DNA of 50,422 bases, counting the filler, from Sphacelaria rigidula (taxonomy: Eukaryota), in assembly GCA_964200075.2 (NCBI GenBank). It is 3 parts of 3 records of this genome, joined end to end, with 100 filler letters (N's around TTAATTAATTAA, not from the genome) between each part and the next. Parts side by side here need not be neighbours in the genome. Positions count along the whole stretch, not along the records: positions 1 to 16,746 come from CAXNAA020001267.1; 2 more parts are not named here. One strand, 5' to 3'. The notes beneath the pieces were generated by a model. It worked only from the letters and a program-made list of their open reading frames with translations. It made no database searches and had not been told where the DNA came from. Numbering within the stretch: the first letter of the stretch is position 1; each line of letters starts with the position of its first letter. The position numbers were made by a program, and so were the translations under genes. Positions 1 to 10,175 of the stretch are shown piece after piece.

Positions 1-193
1 TGTGGAGGGGATGTGGTCTGGTGGTGTTAGACCCAAGCAGACGGCCGGACTACGCCCCCCCCCCCCCCCCCCCCCCCACGTGCTCCGTCCCGGCTTTGCA
101 GGGATGCGAGGTCAAAGGTATTATTACTACCGCATGCAAGATCATGACTACACCCCCCCCTCCTCCCCCGGCGCCTCGATCTCTTTCCCTCAC

Positions 194-517
194 CTGGCCA
201 TGGTCAAAAGCAAATTCCCGCAGAAGAGCCTGCACGTTATCTAATGGGATGTTGACCACTTCTTGCTCCTCGTTTCCCGGCCTCGCCTCGCCCACAACTC
301 GCACCGCGAACACCACGCTCACCGTGTGCCTTCGAGCGTCCCTCCTGGGATCGTCATAGACGGTGGGGATCATCCTCAAGGACGTCACCATCAATCCCGT
401 CTCCTCCATGATCTCGCGCCGCACAGCACTCTCCAACGTCTCCCCCACCTCCACGAAGCCACCAATACACGCCAATTTTCCGTTGTCTTTCCGCCGTATC
501 ACCATGATCGACTCCAC
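194..517 (-). CDS. Nudix hydrolase, exon containing the Nudix box (gene continues beyond the left edge)
   Basis: GGFVEVGETLESAVRREIMEETGL fits the Nudix box GX5EX7REUXEEXGU; it is followed by YDDPRRDARRHTVSVVF and AFDHG, typical of ADP-ribose pyrophosphatase-like Nudix proteins. AAG acceptor at 520-518, CAG|GTGAGG donor at 193. Confidence 0.9.
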
Positions 518-639
518 CTTGTTTATTTTTCGTCAAGGTTCATGCATAAAGGGGTGGTGTTTCTGCTTACAATACACAGTGGCACGGCGACTTCGGGCGA
601 TTTTCTTTCAGCAGTGGGAAAAATGAAATCATTCAATCA

Positions 640-1040
640 TTCAGATCAAATCAAATCACTTAATCGAGGGTGTCACAATGCTACAAGAGGTGGCATGTGT
701 GTGTGTGCGAAGTGAATTACCCCCCCCTCTCATCATCAAACCTCGGGAATTCTTGCGTCTCAGTGAACAGGGCCGTGCATTGAGATTTTGACCGTGCGGG
801 CTTTGGCTCACCTCACTAGTCGCTGACTTGACATCAAGCAATCAAATCAAATCAAATCGATAAATCAAGGTTGTAACAATGCTACGAGAGGTGGCATGTG
901 TGTGTGTATGTTCGAAGTGAAGCACCCCCTCTATCAGCATCGAACCGCAGGAATTCTTGCGCATTAATAGACAGGGCCGTGCACGCAGATTTTGACTGCG
1001 CGGACTTTGGCTCACCTCGCCAGTCGCCGAATTGACCACC
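640..1040. repeat. Diverged ~200-bp tandem duplication (two units, each bounded by (ATCAA)n), including the Nudix exon end and donor site
   Basis: ~640-835 aligns by eye with ~840-1040 (acaatgctac..gaggtggcatgtgtgtgtgt, gaattcttgcg, acagggccgtgca, ctttggctcacctc). Confidence 0.85.
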
Positions 1041-1159
1041 TCCACAACGGTATCAATGGCCAAGCTCGGTGTGCACATGCAGTACGTGTCCCAGCCACAC
1101 CAGCAGGAGCCGGTAAGCACCGGTGAATCGCCCGCAAATTGCTTCGGGCAAACAGGCGA
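1016..1159 (-). CDS. Nudix hydrolase, internal exon (SPVCPKQFAGDSPVLTGSCWCGWDTYCMCTPSLAIDTVVEVVNSATGE)
   Basis: TPSLAIDTVVE matches the TPxLAVDxIIE strand that precedes the Nudix box. TTAG acceptor and GAG|GTGAGC donor; phase 0 joins in frame to 517. Confidence 0.8.
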
Positions 1160-1888
1160 CTAACGCATCACGCCATCGACCACCAGGGGGTCCGACGACC
1201 CATGGGTCAAATAGGGAAAGAGGGCGGGAGCGGGGACCAGACGGGTCAGATATAGATTGATATATTGATCAATTGCCTGATGGCTCATGAATCCAGCCGT
1301 AGTTACCGAAGGTTTAGATTGGACTCTAGCTGCTCTAAACGCTTACATATGTATATATATATATATTAGTTCAACTGTTTTGTCGATTGGATGCTCTCCG
1401 CCGAAACTATCTTGTTATCGACAGCTACACAATCTACGACATCTCCACAGGTTCTCTCGGAGTGTGTTGGTTATCCACCACTGTGCGTGTGTTTCCAGGG
1501 GTGATTGCTACAACAGCACCTATATTCAAAGGCATCGATGAGTGCCTCGTGGTCTAACTTGTGCCAAACAGCAGAATATGGCGTGTTCATCGGATGTCCC
1601 CCGGGGGACAGAAGCATCATCAGGCATCGCTTGTATTTCTGGCGGTATCGTCGTTATTTAGGGTGAAATGTGGTGCAGAAGAAAACCAGGTCGCTTCGTT
1701 TTCGGAGAAATCTGAACGCAAGAGTGCGAAAGTTCGAAAAAATCTGAGATCTCCGAAAAAAAAACAGCGTCGATAACAGCAGGTCTTATTGTGGGACATC
1801 TGTACATGCTACTTATTTCGGAACATTGGTACCTGGTTTAGTATAGCCTAAATCCACGTAAGCACACCTCAAACTCACGTGATTCCAA

Positions 1889-1997
1889 CCCTTTGGCCGC
1901 TGGAGGTGGTCCATTTGTGAATCAACATAATTTTCACTTGAAAATCGACTGAAAACAATGCCGATTCACAAAAGGATCACCGCTCGCAGCCAAAGGG
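1889..1997. mobile_element. Short palindromic piggyBac-type MITE (A)
   Basis: CCCT...AGGG termini, imperfect ~48-bp inverted arms (ccctttggc...tttgtgaatc / gattcacaaa...gccaaaggg), TTAA at 1998-2001, CCAA on the left. Confidence 0.7.
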
Positions 1998-2001
1998 TTA
2001 A

Positions 2002-2749
2002 CCCTCAGATAGCGACCCCCCTCAGGCGGACTGAGATGGACTATGCCACGTTTGGGGTTCAGAACAACTCTTTTCTCGTTACAAAAAACGCCCTTTTTTA
2101 TGAAGTTGTGGGTGTTGGGCATCTATATAAAAAATAGTCCCGGAGAGCCCCTGACCGGGTGTCACCGTGCAGTCGAGAGCGTGCAGAGTCAGCATGTGTA
2201 CTGTACGTCTTTGCTCGATACAACGGCAGCAAACAGTCAGCGTGCCATCGCCCTTCACCAAACAGTCTGCTTTATGCTGCTGATGTCTCTGCTTAGTGTT
2301 CCACAACAACACTGCTGTGTGAAGTTATGCTGGCAACACAGGAGGGATCAGGCAGGCATCAAAGGCCATGAACAGAGTCAAACACACTTCGTTCGTGCAC
2401 ATCCATATCATCTGTGGTTCAATTATCATGATCAAAATGAGAAATACGGCTAAACAGCAAAGTAGTCTACCTTTAGAGCACCTGAAGGGGAACAAAGTGA
2501 CCATTTTGATAGCCGTGATTGTTCACAATGGTCGCTCCCTTCCTTTCGGGCCTCGTTCCTGGCTTGTGATTTTCCGTGAGAAACTTCCAAATACAAATGG
2601 TTGACTTGGTGAGCTTCCGGCTATTCTGCGAATAGGCCCCCATCCCCTTATCAAAAACCACCCCCCTTCCCCCGCCCCCTGGAAACCCTGGATGTCCCTG
2701 GACTGTCAGCCGGTGAAACTGGTCCAAGGCGACGCTCGCTGTCTAAGGG
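2002..2749. mobile_element. Non-autonomous piggyBac-type element (B), 748 bp
   Basis: TTAA|CCCTCAGATAGCGA ... TCGCTGTCTAAGGG|TTAA; TTAA on both sides; homologous to 2856-5886 once that copy's insertions are removed. Confidence 0.85.
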
Positions 2750-2753
2750 TTAA

Positions 2754-2851
2754 CCCTCTGACGGCGAGCACAGATCACCTGATGAGTCGGCTTCAATTTC
2801 ATTAAAAAGAAGTACGCATGGTCCAGATGGAACACCCTCGCGGCCAAGTGC
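2754..2851. mobile_element. Degenerate second copy of the short piggyBac-type MITE (A')
   Basis: Starts CCCT after TTAA; left end resembles the reverse complement of 1950-1997; right end ccctcgcggccaag resembles cgctcgcagccaaaggg. Confidence 0.5.
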
Positions 2852-2898
2852 TCAACCCTTTGACTGTGAACCCCCATCTGACGGACTCAGACGGACTA

Positions 2899-3516
2899 CG
2901 AGCTGGGCCAGCTTCAAAGCGGCCAAAAGTTGCCCGCACCACAGCTTTCCCAGTTTCCCGAATGAACCCGATGTAAGCATATAACTGTGAACTGCATACC
3001 CACCTGATGACAAAGGACTGCGTCGCTGTTCGATTGGCGTCGTATTGCCGATGACGTTCTTGTACTGCATAGAGTACGGGGTGCGCCTCGTATCGTTGGG
3101 CGATAGCGTATCGGAGTGCTTGTTTTTTTTTCAAATGCGGTGGGTTTACGTCAGCAATCACCCCGCACTGGGTATTAGTGGGGCGCAGCAGCGTCACGCA
3201 AAACGTTGCACGCACGGCCCAATTCGACGACTCTTGCGCTGAAATTTCACGAAGACCTTCTGCACTCAAGGAGATGATATGTCCCATGAGCAGCTGCAGA
3301 TTCTCATTTTTTTCCTGGACTCATGAAATCATCTTGTTTTTGCTGCGATTTCAAATCCCCACAATTCCTCTTTTTCTTCTTTTTTTTTGCTGCTCACGTG
3401 ACATTCTGGATGTCGATCATGAAAAGCTGCTGTCACAATTTCCGCGTCCAACTCCTAATATCGCGCCGTGCGTCGCCTGAGCGAGAAAACTGCCCACTGT
3501 TGGCTGGCCCAGCTCG
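2899..3516. mobile_element. Tc1/mariner-type MITE, 618 bp
   Basis: Perfect 14-bp TIR CGAGCTGGGCCAGC / GCTGGCCCAGCTCG, TA duplicated at 2897-2898 and 3517-3518; empty site GGAC-TA-TGCCAC is present in element B (~2040). Confidence 0.9.
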
Positions 3517-3616
3517 TATGCCACATCTGGGTTTCAGAACAGCTGTTTTGTCGCTTCACAAAACGCCGTTTTTTTCATCGATATGTATATGTTGGGCATC
3601 TATATAGAAACTAGTA

Positions 3617-5097
3617 TAGGCTGGTTCACGTCTATCACCCAACATTCTGTCGTCAGCAAATGCCTTTCGCAATACCTCCCCAACAGTCGCATACATGATA
3701 TCATACTGACCACCATGGGCAGCTGAAGAGCGTGACATAGCCGGATTTATGTGTAAGGCCGTAGTGGTAGCGCCAAGGACGAAAAGTTATATCGACCGAT
3801 GAGCGCCCGTCAAATTATTCCCAATTTTCACCCGATCTCCACATGCTTCAAATCGTTGTAACCGTCGTCGGCTCGGGAATCTAACGAAAAAAACATATTT
3901 CAAAACAGTTACTACGGGGGTCGGATTATACCCGAAACCGTGATGTTCCGGTGATGTTGGGTGTTAGCGTCGTCTAATTTCCACTATTATAGTGATACGC
4001 ACAAAAGACCCAGGGAGCCTCGTGACGGTGTCCCCTATATCTGTTGTAGAAAAGCTCAGATCGCTCTCAAACTTGGCAGTTCCGTAGGTATTGATGCTTC
4101 GAATGGAAAGATTGTATTCTTGACAATATTTCATGGTTTCTCCGTTCTCTGCCGGCTTCCGGGGGTCCCATTATGAAGACCCCCGAAAGGCGGTACAGAA
4201 TGCTCCAATAGAAAAAAAAATGGAATGATGCGTCTCGGAGGTAGTCCAAGGAACACATATACAATTTTTGGTGCAGAAACTCGACACCCTCATACATTCT
4301 TTCTTGCCTTGACGTGAAATTCACCCAAAAAGACGTTTCCATACCAATACCGAGTAGTTAGGAGTTGCACGTTTCAAGCCCACGTCCTCCACAAACGCGC
4401 AAACCTTCACGCCGTCATTAGGAGTTAGACCCTGAAAATTTGCAGAGATATGCTATATGTCATTACGCAACTTTCTGTCTACGAGGTTTTTTACTTCTTG
4501 AGTCGTTCACCGTTTTTCGGGGTCCGACGGGATCCAAGTCGTTTTTCGAAGTAGTCTCCATTTTGGGACCCCGGAAAACCGGAACTACGACGTTTTTCTT
4601 TTGTCGCGCACGATTCGTCACCGCATAACCCATGGAAGGACCCCACAAAATTTCGTCGTGAAACTCGATCAACTGATGCTTGAATTTTCATGTTCACGTC
4701 GAAGACGGCCAAAAAACGCAGTTTTGGTACAAAAATCGAGTAGTTTGCGGTTTAACCGCGGTACGCCAAGGTTTATCGCACAAAAGCGAAAAACCTCACG
4801 CTGTTATAAGGAGTGAGACCCTGAAATTTTGCATAGTGGTTCTGTGGATGACGACGCAACTTTGGAAGAACGACTTTTTTTACCTTTTTACGGGGGTCCG
4901 ATCGGATCGATAATATCCCGAAAAAATAGGGACGCCCGAAATTCGGTGAAAAAGGTGAAGAATAAAAAAACCTCGTTCTTCGAAAGTTGAGCAATGGCAC
5001 ATACCATATCTGTGCAAAATTTCAGGGTCTAACTCCTTAAAATGGCGTGAGGTTTTGCCGATGAGTGTTTTTTGGGTGATAAGCGTGAATCAGCTCG
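3617..5097. mobile_element. Tc1/mariner-type non-autonomous element, ~1.48 kb
   Basis: Imperfect TIRs taggctggttcacgtctatcacccaa / ttgggtgataagcgtgaatcagctcg, TA flanks, empty site in element B (~2135). Internal motif aggagt(t/g)agaccctgaaa at ~4420 and ~4809, inverted at ~5020-5040. Confidence 0.75.
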
Positions 5098-5140
5098 TAC
5101 AGGAGAACCCATAACCGACTTTTACCCTGCAGTCAAGTGA

Positions 5141-5331
5141 GGCCGTGTCTGCTCAAAATTGTTTTCGTGTCGAAAACGTGTGGTCGAATCGAATCCCCTC
5201 GTTTCTGATTCGTCCACGCTACTAATTTCCTGAGATGGTTGAGAACATGAATACCGTGGACGTATCAGGTACGAGCAAATTTGATTCCACCGTACATTTT
5301 CGAGTCAAAAACAATTAGATACGACACGGCC
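5141..5331. mobile_element. PIF/Harbinger-type MITE, 191 bp
   Basis: TGA|GGCCGTGTC...GACACGGCC|TGA (3-bp TNA TSD); close copy at 47989-48178. Confidence 0.85.
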
Positions 5332-6322
5332 TGAGTGCAGAGTCAGCACATATGTCAAATGTCTTCGCTGGATACATCAGCGAGAAACAGCGAGCGTGCC
5401 ATCGCTCTCTGCTGAACACTGTTGTCTACTGCATGTTGCTGATATGTTGGCTTCGTGTCCCACAACAAAGCTGCTGTGTGAAGCTATACTGGCAACACAA
5501 GAGGGGTCAGGGAGGTTAAAATGGGCACAAGCAGAGCATAAAGCACATTGTTTTTGCTTATTTGGTCGAAATATCATGATGGCCAAAATGGGAAATACAG
5601 CTAGATTGCGAGGTAGTCCATCTGTAGTCCATCTAGGGTGTACATACTGGCCATTCTGACTAATCACAGCTCTGAAAAATGGTCACTTAGCTCCTCTCGG
5701 GCCTCGTTCCTTGCTTACAATTTTCCGTGGGAAAGTATCAACCACACATGATGGTTGACTCATGACTTTTCTCCGAACAGACCCCCACCCCCTGTCAAAA
5801 ACCACTCCCCAGTCCCCTGGCAACCCCCGGACGTCCCTGGACTGTCAGCCGGTGAAACTTCCGAGGGGACGCTCGCAGTCGAAGGGAAAAGTATGCGGCG
5901 ACGTACTGCTTAGTTCTGGACCCCTCCCCATTTTGGTGCTTCCATACTAAATTTCCGTACCCAAAGGAGAAGGTGTGCCTAGCGTGCATTTCGTGGGGCG
6001 CCTTGGAGAATGTGTGTTATGGCATGTTGGTGCTTGTGGAAGTACATACAGCAGATGCAGGTAAAACCGTATTTCTCTGCGTGCCCCCTCGTGCAAGTCG
6101 CACATGTCAGGGAATAATCCTGCAGTCAACAGTTCACGTCGAAAAAGTACGAGACCGGTATTCCCGCGAGTATTCGTTGAGGTGTGGCTGGCGGGTGCAA
6201 AAAGGGGCGTTTTTGTACGATGTGGGGTGTGAAACGGCGAAGCGATCATCAACGCCGAGAAAGTTATCGGAAATTTCGTGCAACAAAGGAGCGATCTTCG
6301 TGTCCCCCAATGCGTCAAGTAC

Positions 6323-6415
6323 CTGATAAGCTGCCCGATTGTTCTCTGGGGAAGGGTAGCGCAATGGCGCCGACTTGGGCCTAGACGAAGTCATCAATAG
6401 GCGCAGGAACTTAGG
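6323..6415 (-). CDS. Putative Nudix gene exon 2 (PKFLRLLMTSSRPKSAPLRYPSPENNRAAYQ)
   Basis: CCTTAG acceptor, CAG|GTACTT donor, phase 0 compatible with the neighbouring exons. No homology evidence; acceptor uncertain. Confidence 0.4.
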
Positions 6416-6799
6416 CTAAGGTGTAAGCAAGACTACATAACTTTTGAGGCGGCTCAAGCCAGCGGATATACTCGTCGTGCCTTGGGCACGCGGCGAGATA
6501 GGGGAGCAAACGTAACAGGCCGCAACAACCTGTGAATCTCTGGTGCGCTCTCAGAAGTGAAATGTTGCGCGTACTTTGGGTCGCGCTCTCCCCGCAAAAT
6601 GGGCCACCAATTCATGATGGATATGGATAAGGATGCCATGAAAGGAAAGAGAATACCAACTGTGGTACCACAATAGCTCCCGACTGTTGCTGCTATTGTA
6701 CTGCATTGTCTCTATCACGAATCACGTTGGTGTGGCACACAATGCAGACAACAGCAAGACAAACGGAACAACACGGTACAACTGACAACATATTCATAC

Positions 6800-6940
6800 C
6801 TTACGATGCGCCAGAGCAGCCCCATAGAGTCCAAATATCAACATACACGCAGAACCGAGAAACCACAAGTACATTTTTTGTCGTGCTGCTCGCGGAGTGC
6901 GGAGCTTGTGTCGATCGAAATCCCATCCCGGCGCAGGCAT
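6800..6940 (-). CDS. Putative Nudix gene exon 1 with N-terminal transmembrane segment
   Basis: ATG at 6940; MPAPGWDF...KMYLWFLGSACMLIFGLYGAALAHRK contains a hydrophobic helix; AAG|GTATGA donor, phase 0; divergent from the GCP5 start at 7492. Confidence 0.5.
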
Positions 6941-7491
6941 CGTCCGGTTAAGATTGCGTCCGTACTGTAGTGACAGATCGTGTTCGTGCTCTATAATAAT
7001 AGGCGCCCTCCACACCCGTGACTGTGAATACCTACCCCCCCTAATCTGTCATCCACAACCATGGATCTCCTTACCATCGCCGTAGGGATCAACAGATGCA
7101 TCGACGAGCAGCCTATCGGCGTGTCAATGAGGATCTAAGCCTCACTACTGCGTGCTTACGACAGAAGAACTAGATATGTTTTCTGTGTTGCGCAGAGTGC
7201 TTTCGTTGCAACACCTGCTGCTGCACCATAGTCAGTAAGTAGTGCATGCAGTGCAATCCTACCACCCAGCATTCAAAATTTGAAAATCCCACCGCAAGTC
7301 TGGACAGAGAGCGCAGAAAGGGCTTGGCATTGCCATTGGGATTTCAAACGCAGGGTGCTTGAAGGTGACCTGCAGCTGCCTTGCGACTCTACATCCTCCT
7401 AGAGTGCTTTGAATCAGTGAACACTCGATCAAAGGCGCATTAAAGGCCATTGCCTAGGCATCTTGCCTTGATTGAGGTCGCGACAGCAACC

Positions 7492-7665
7492 ATGGCCGCG
7501 TCTAGATATCTACTGGAGCTAGATGACCAGCGAGAGAGGCTGGTGTCCGACATGGTTTGCCGGATAGTGGGTGTGGCTAAGGGTTCGGCTGAGCACGAAG
7601 CGGCCGTGGATTTCACCATGAGGTCCTTGACATATCATAGCTACCTCGATTCCCAGGCACACGAG
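7492..7665 (+). CDS. GCP5: Gamma-tubulin complex component 5, exon 1
   Basis: MAASRYLLELDDQRERLVSDMVCRIVGV...AVDFTMRSLTYHSYLDSQAHE resembles the GCP5 N-terminal helical region as I recall it; GAG|GTAGGT donor. Confidence 0.8.
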
Positions 7666-7839
7666 GTAGGTAGCGTTTTGTAGAGGGGGCAAGATGTGTG
7701 CGTGTGTTGCGTGCAGGCTTTGTACTCTTGTCCACCAGGCCTCGTTTCGGTACAATTTTTGGCTGACAGTCCCGCGGGATATGCATGTGCACCCATCAGC
7801 CATGTACTATACTGTCATGGGTGGGAATGGGATGCCTCA

Positions 7840-8309
7840 GGCACTGCTTATAACAAACATAATTGAAAATCTGGAAAAGTGATTTTTGTAGCTTTTACCT
7901 CGTTTTACGCCCTTAAAGAGAGCTAGGGAGAGTTTGACACCTTGGAATGGCTTGCTCTACTCGTTGAGGCGGTTCCAGGACATCTTCCCGTTCTCCGGTG
8001 GCCACAGTTTTTATTTTGGCTGCAAAACATTTGTTTTTGCCCACGAACGGTAAAAAAAGGTCGAATCGAGAAGAAATTGCCATTTTCCTCTGGACTTGAC
8101 CGTTCTTGAACAAAAATTCTTGTTTGGCCAAAATAAAAACTGTGGCCACCGGGAAACGTAAAAATGTTTTGGAACCGTCTCAACTAGTAGAGCAAGCCAT
8201 TTCAAGGCGTTGAACTCCACCTAGCTCTGTTTTAGGGTGTACAATGACGTAGACGCTCCAAAAATGCACTTCTCCCGATTTTCATTTTTGTCAGTTGAAA
8301 GCAGCTGCC
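7840..8309. mobile_element. Foldback MITE (Harbinger-like), ~470 bp, in GCP5 intron 1
   Basis: ~210-bp inverted arms (e.g. ggtggccacagtttttattttggc / gccaaaataaaaactgtggccacc); GGCA...TGCC ends flanked by TCA/TAA. Confidence 0.8.
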
Positions 8310-8869
8310 TAAGGACAAAAAAATCGACGGTAAACTAAAAATAATTGAAAAAAAAACGCGGAGGGATAATGAACACGTCGATAAGTGGTCGCACCTGTGC
8401 CGAGGCCCTCACCAACATGACACACACTTCATCACTTATTAAGTTGGTTTAGGATGGGACAGCAGTAGCACTTGAGATCGCGCGGTTCTCGACACAAGAA
8501 GCAAGCCGGCCCACGGCATTTCACAGCCCCCCGCATACACACACCAGCTAGGGAATCTGTTTACACATTTTGCTCAAGTCGCGACAGCGGACGGGAAACC
8601 GCCCCCCAAAGCCGAAAATAAGTTATTGTTTGTATATTTGGGTTCGTTGCGGCTTAGTATCATGCCCAGACGCAAAAGTGTAACTCGCTGACCTAGCTTG
8701 AGTGTGTGGGAAGCGCACGCGAGAAACCGCAGTTCAATCCTCCACTTCGTTGCCGAGTTCTGAGCGTTGCGCGATCGGCACTTTTGGGTTGAGGATCAGT
8801 AGCGTCTTTTGAGGTCCAAGATGGGAAATTCCAACAAATCGGTGCGCACGTTTTTTCCCTTGCCGCAAG

Positions 8870-9337
8870 CAAGTTGTGACGACATGCAGTTTGGTTGCGT
8901 GCCGCCAGGCGCTGCTTTGTTCTGTGCTGCTGTGCACAACGGGCAATTTCGCCATTCAATAGAGAGTATCCCTTCAAGTGTCGAATTGCAGCGGGAGAGT
9001 TCACAGAAGAAAGACAAAGCTGGCGGCTACTTTGTGTCAGGGCTCAAGTGCAGAAGCCAAGGCATCGAGAGCGATTTTAGTATGTGCACTGCCTTCCATC
9101 TGCTGGTGACTGTGATAATGTATTTAGTAACTGTCTGTATTGATTGATTGATTGATTGATTATCTCACATGAGCTGATTGCAACAGTCCAGCCCGTGGTC
9201 AGGAGCAGCAAAAATAGAACAGAATGATGAAAAAACACGATAAAGAAAGGAAGGAACAGAAAAACGACAGAAGCAACGGCCTCCGAAAGGAAAAAAAGGG
9301 GGCAGCGATAACAACAAAAAACACCACCACCACCACC

Positions 9338-9369
<32 letters not shown>

Positions 9370-10175
9370 ACAAACAACAACAGGAACAAACAACAGCAGT
9401 AACAACAAAATAACGACAAACACAAAGACAAACACAAGCACGAACATGTATATACTAATATGAGAATAAGATGCACACTATGCGACGTTCGACAAGCTTC
9501 GTTTTGGGCTGCGTGTTTTTTTTTCTCGCGACGAGTGATTTGTGACAGCATTTCACTTTGTGGCTCACCACTAGGTGCTGCTTCGTTCTGTACGGCTGTG
9601 CACAAAGGGTAAATTCGCCTTTCAACAGCGAGTACCCTTCATGTATTGGGATGCAGAGGGCGAGGTCACACATGAACTTCGACTGTTGTGTCTGAGGGTT
9701 CCAGCGGAGAAGCCAAGGCGCGCAGAGCGATTTATATTTTTGACTACGCACTGTCTATGTATGACCAGGTCGGCAGAGCCACGATGTTTCAAGTGACTGC
9801 CTCTACATACTGCAAATAATATGTAAATCATGCGATTTGCGCCAACTTGCATCTTCGACCAAATGTTATGTTTTGGCAGCAATCAATGTCATGACATTTG
9901 CTTTGGTGGCGTTCGCCATGTGCTGCTCTGTTCTGTGGGCATGTGCACAAAGAACAACCTCACGTATCATGAGCGAATACCCTTGTATCCCTTGACTTGT
10001 GGAGGACGAGTTCACAGATGAAATAGGGCTGTCTTGTGGCAGACGGTTTCGAGACAGAACCTAAAGCGTGTAAAGCGATTTTTATTTTTGATGATGCACG
10101 GGCCATGTATGACCGGGTCGGCAGAGCAACGATGTTCCACGTGACTGCCTACACATGCTGCAAAGAACATGTATG
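8870..10175. repeat. Three diverged direct repeats of ~220-290 bp (~8870-9090, ~9540-9825, ~9885-10175)
   Basis: Shared blocks gctgct..gttctgt...tgtgcacaa, taccctt, gag(t/g)tcaca, agcgattt; units 2 and 3 also share tatgacc.ggtcggcagagc.acgatgtt. Confidence 0.75.
9141..9381. repeat. Microsatellites (TGAT)n at 9141-9161 and (CAC)n(AAC)n at ~9322-9381
   Basis: Directly visible. Confidence 0.9.

Larger units (their letters stand above)
2856..5886. mobile_element. piggyBac-type element B' interrupted by three nested insertions
   Basis: Termini CCCTTTGACTGTGA / TCGCAGTCGAAGGG. Segments 2856-2898, 3519-3616, 5100-5140 and 5335-5886 are collinear with element B (2002-2749). Confidence 0.8.

Noticed and set aside
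3670-4368. Fourth nested element inside 3617-5097 (ctcccaacagtcg / cgagtagttaggag)
   Set aside because: Inverted match is too weak and no clear TSD; left unassigned.
9077-9605. Poly-G/W/V/T ORFs
   Set aside because: Translations of the microsatellite.
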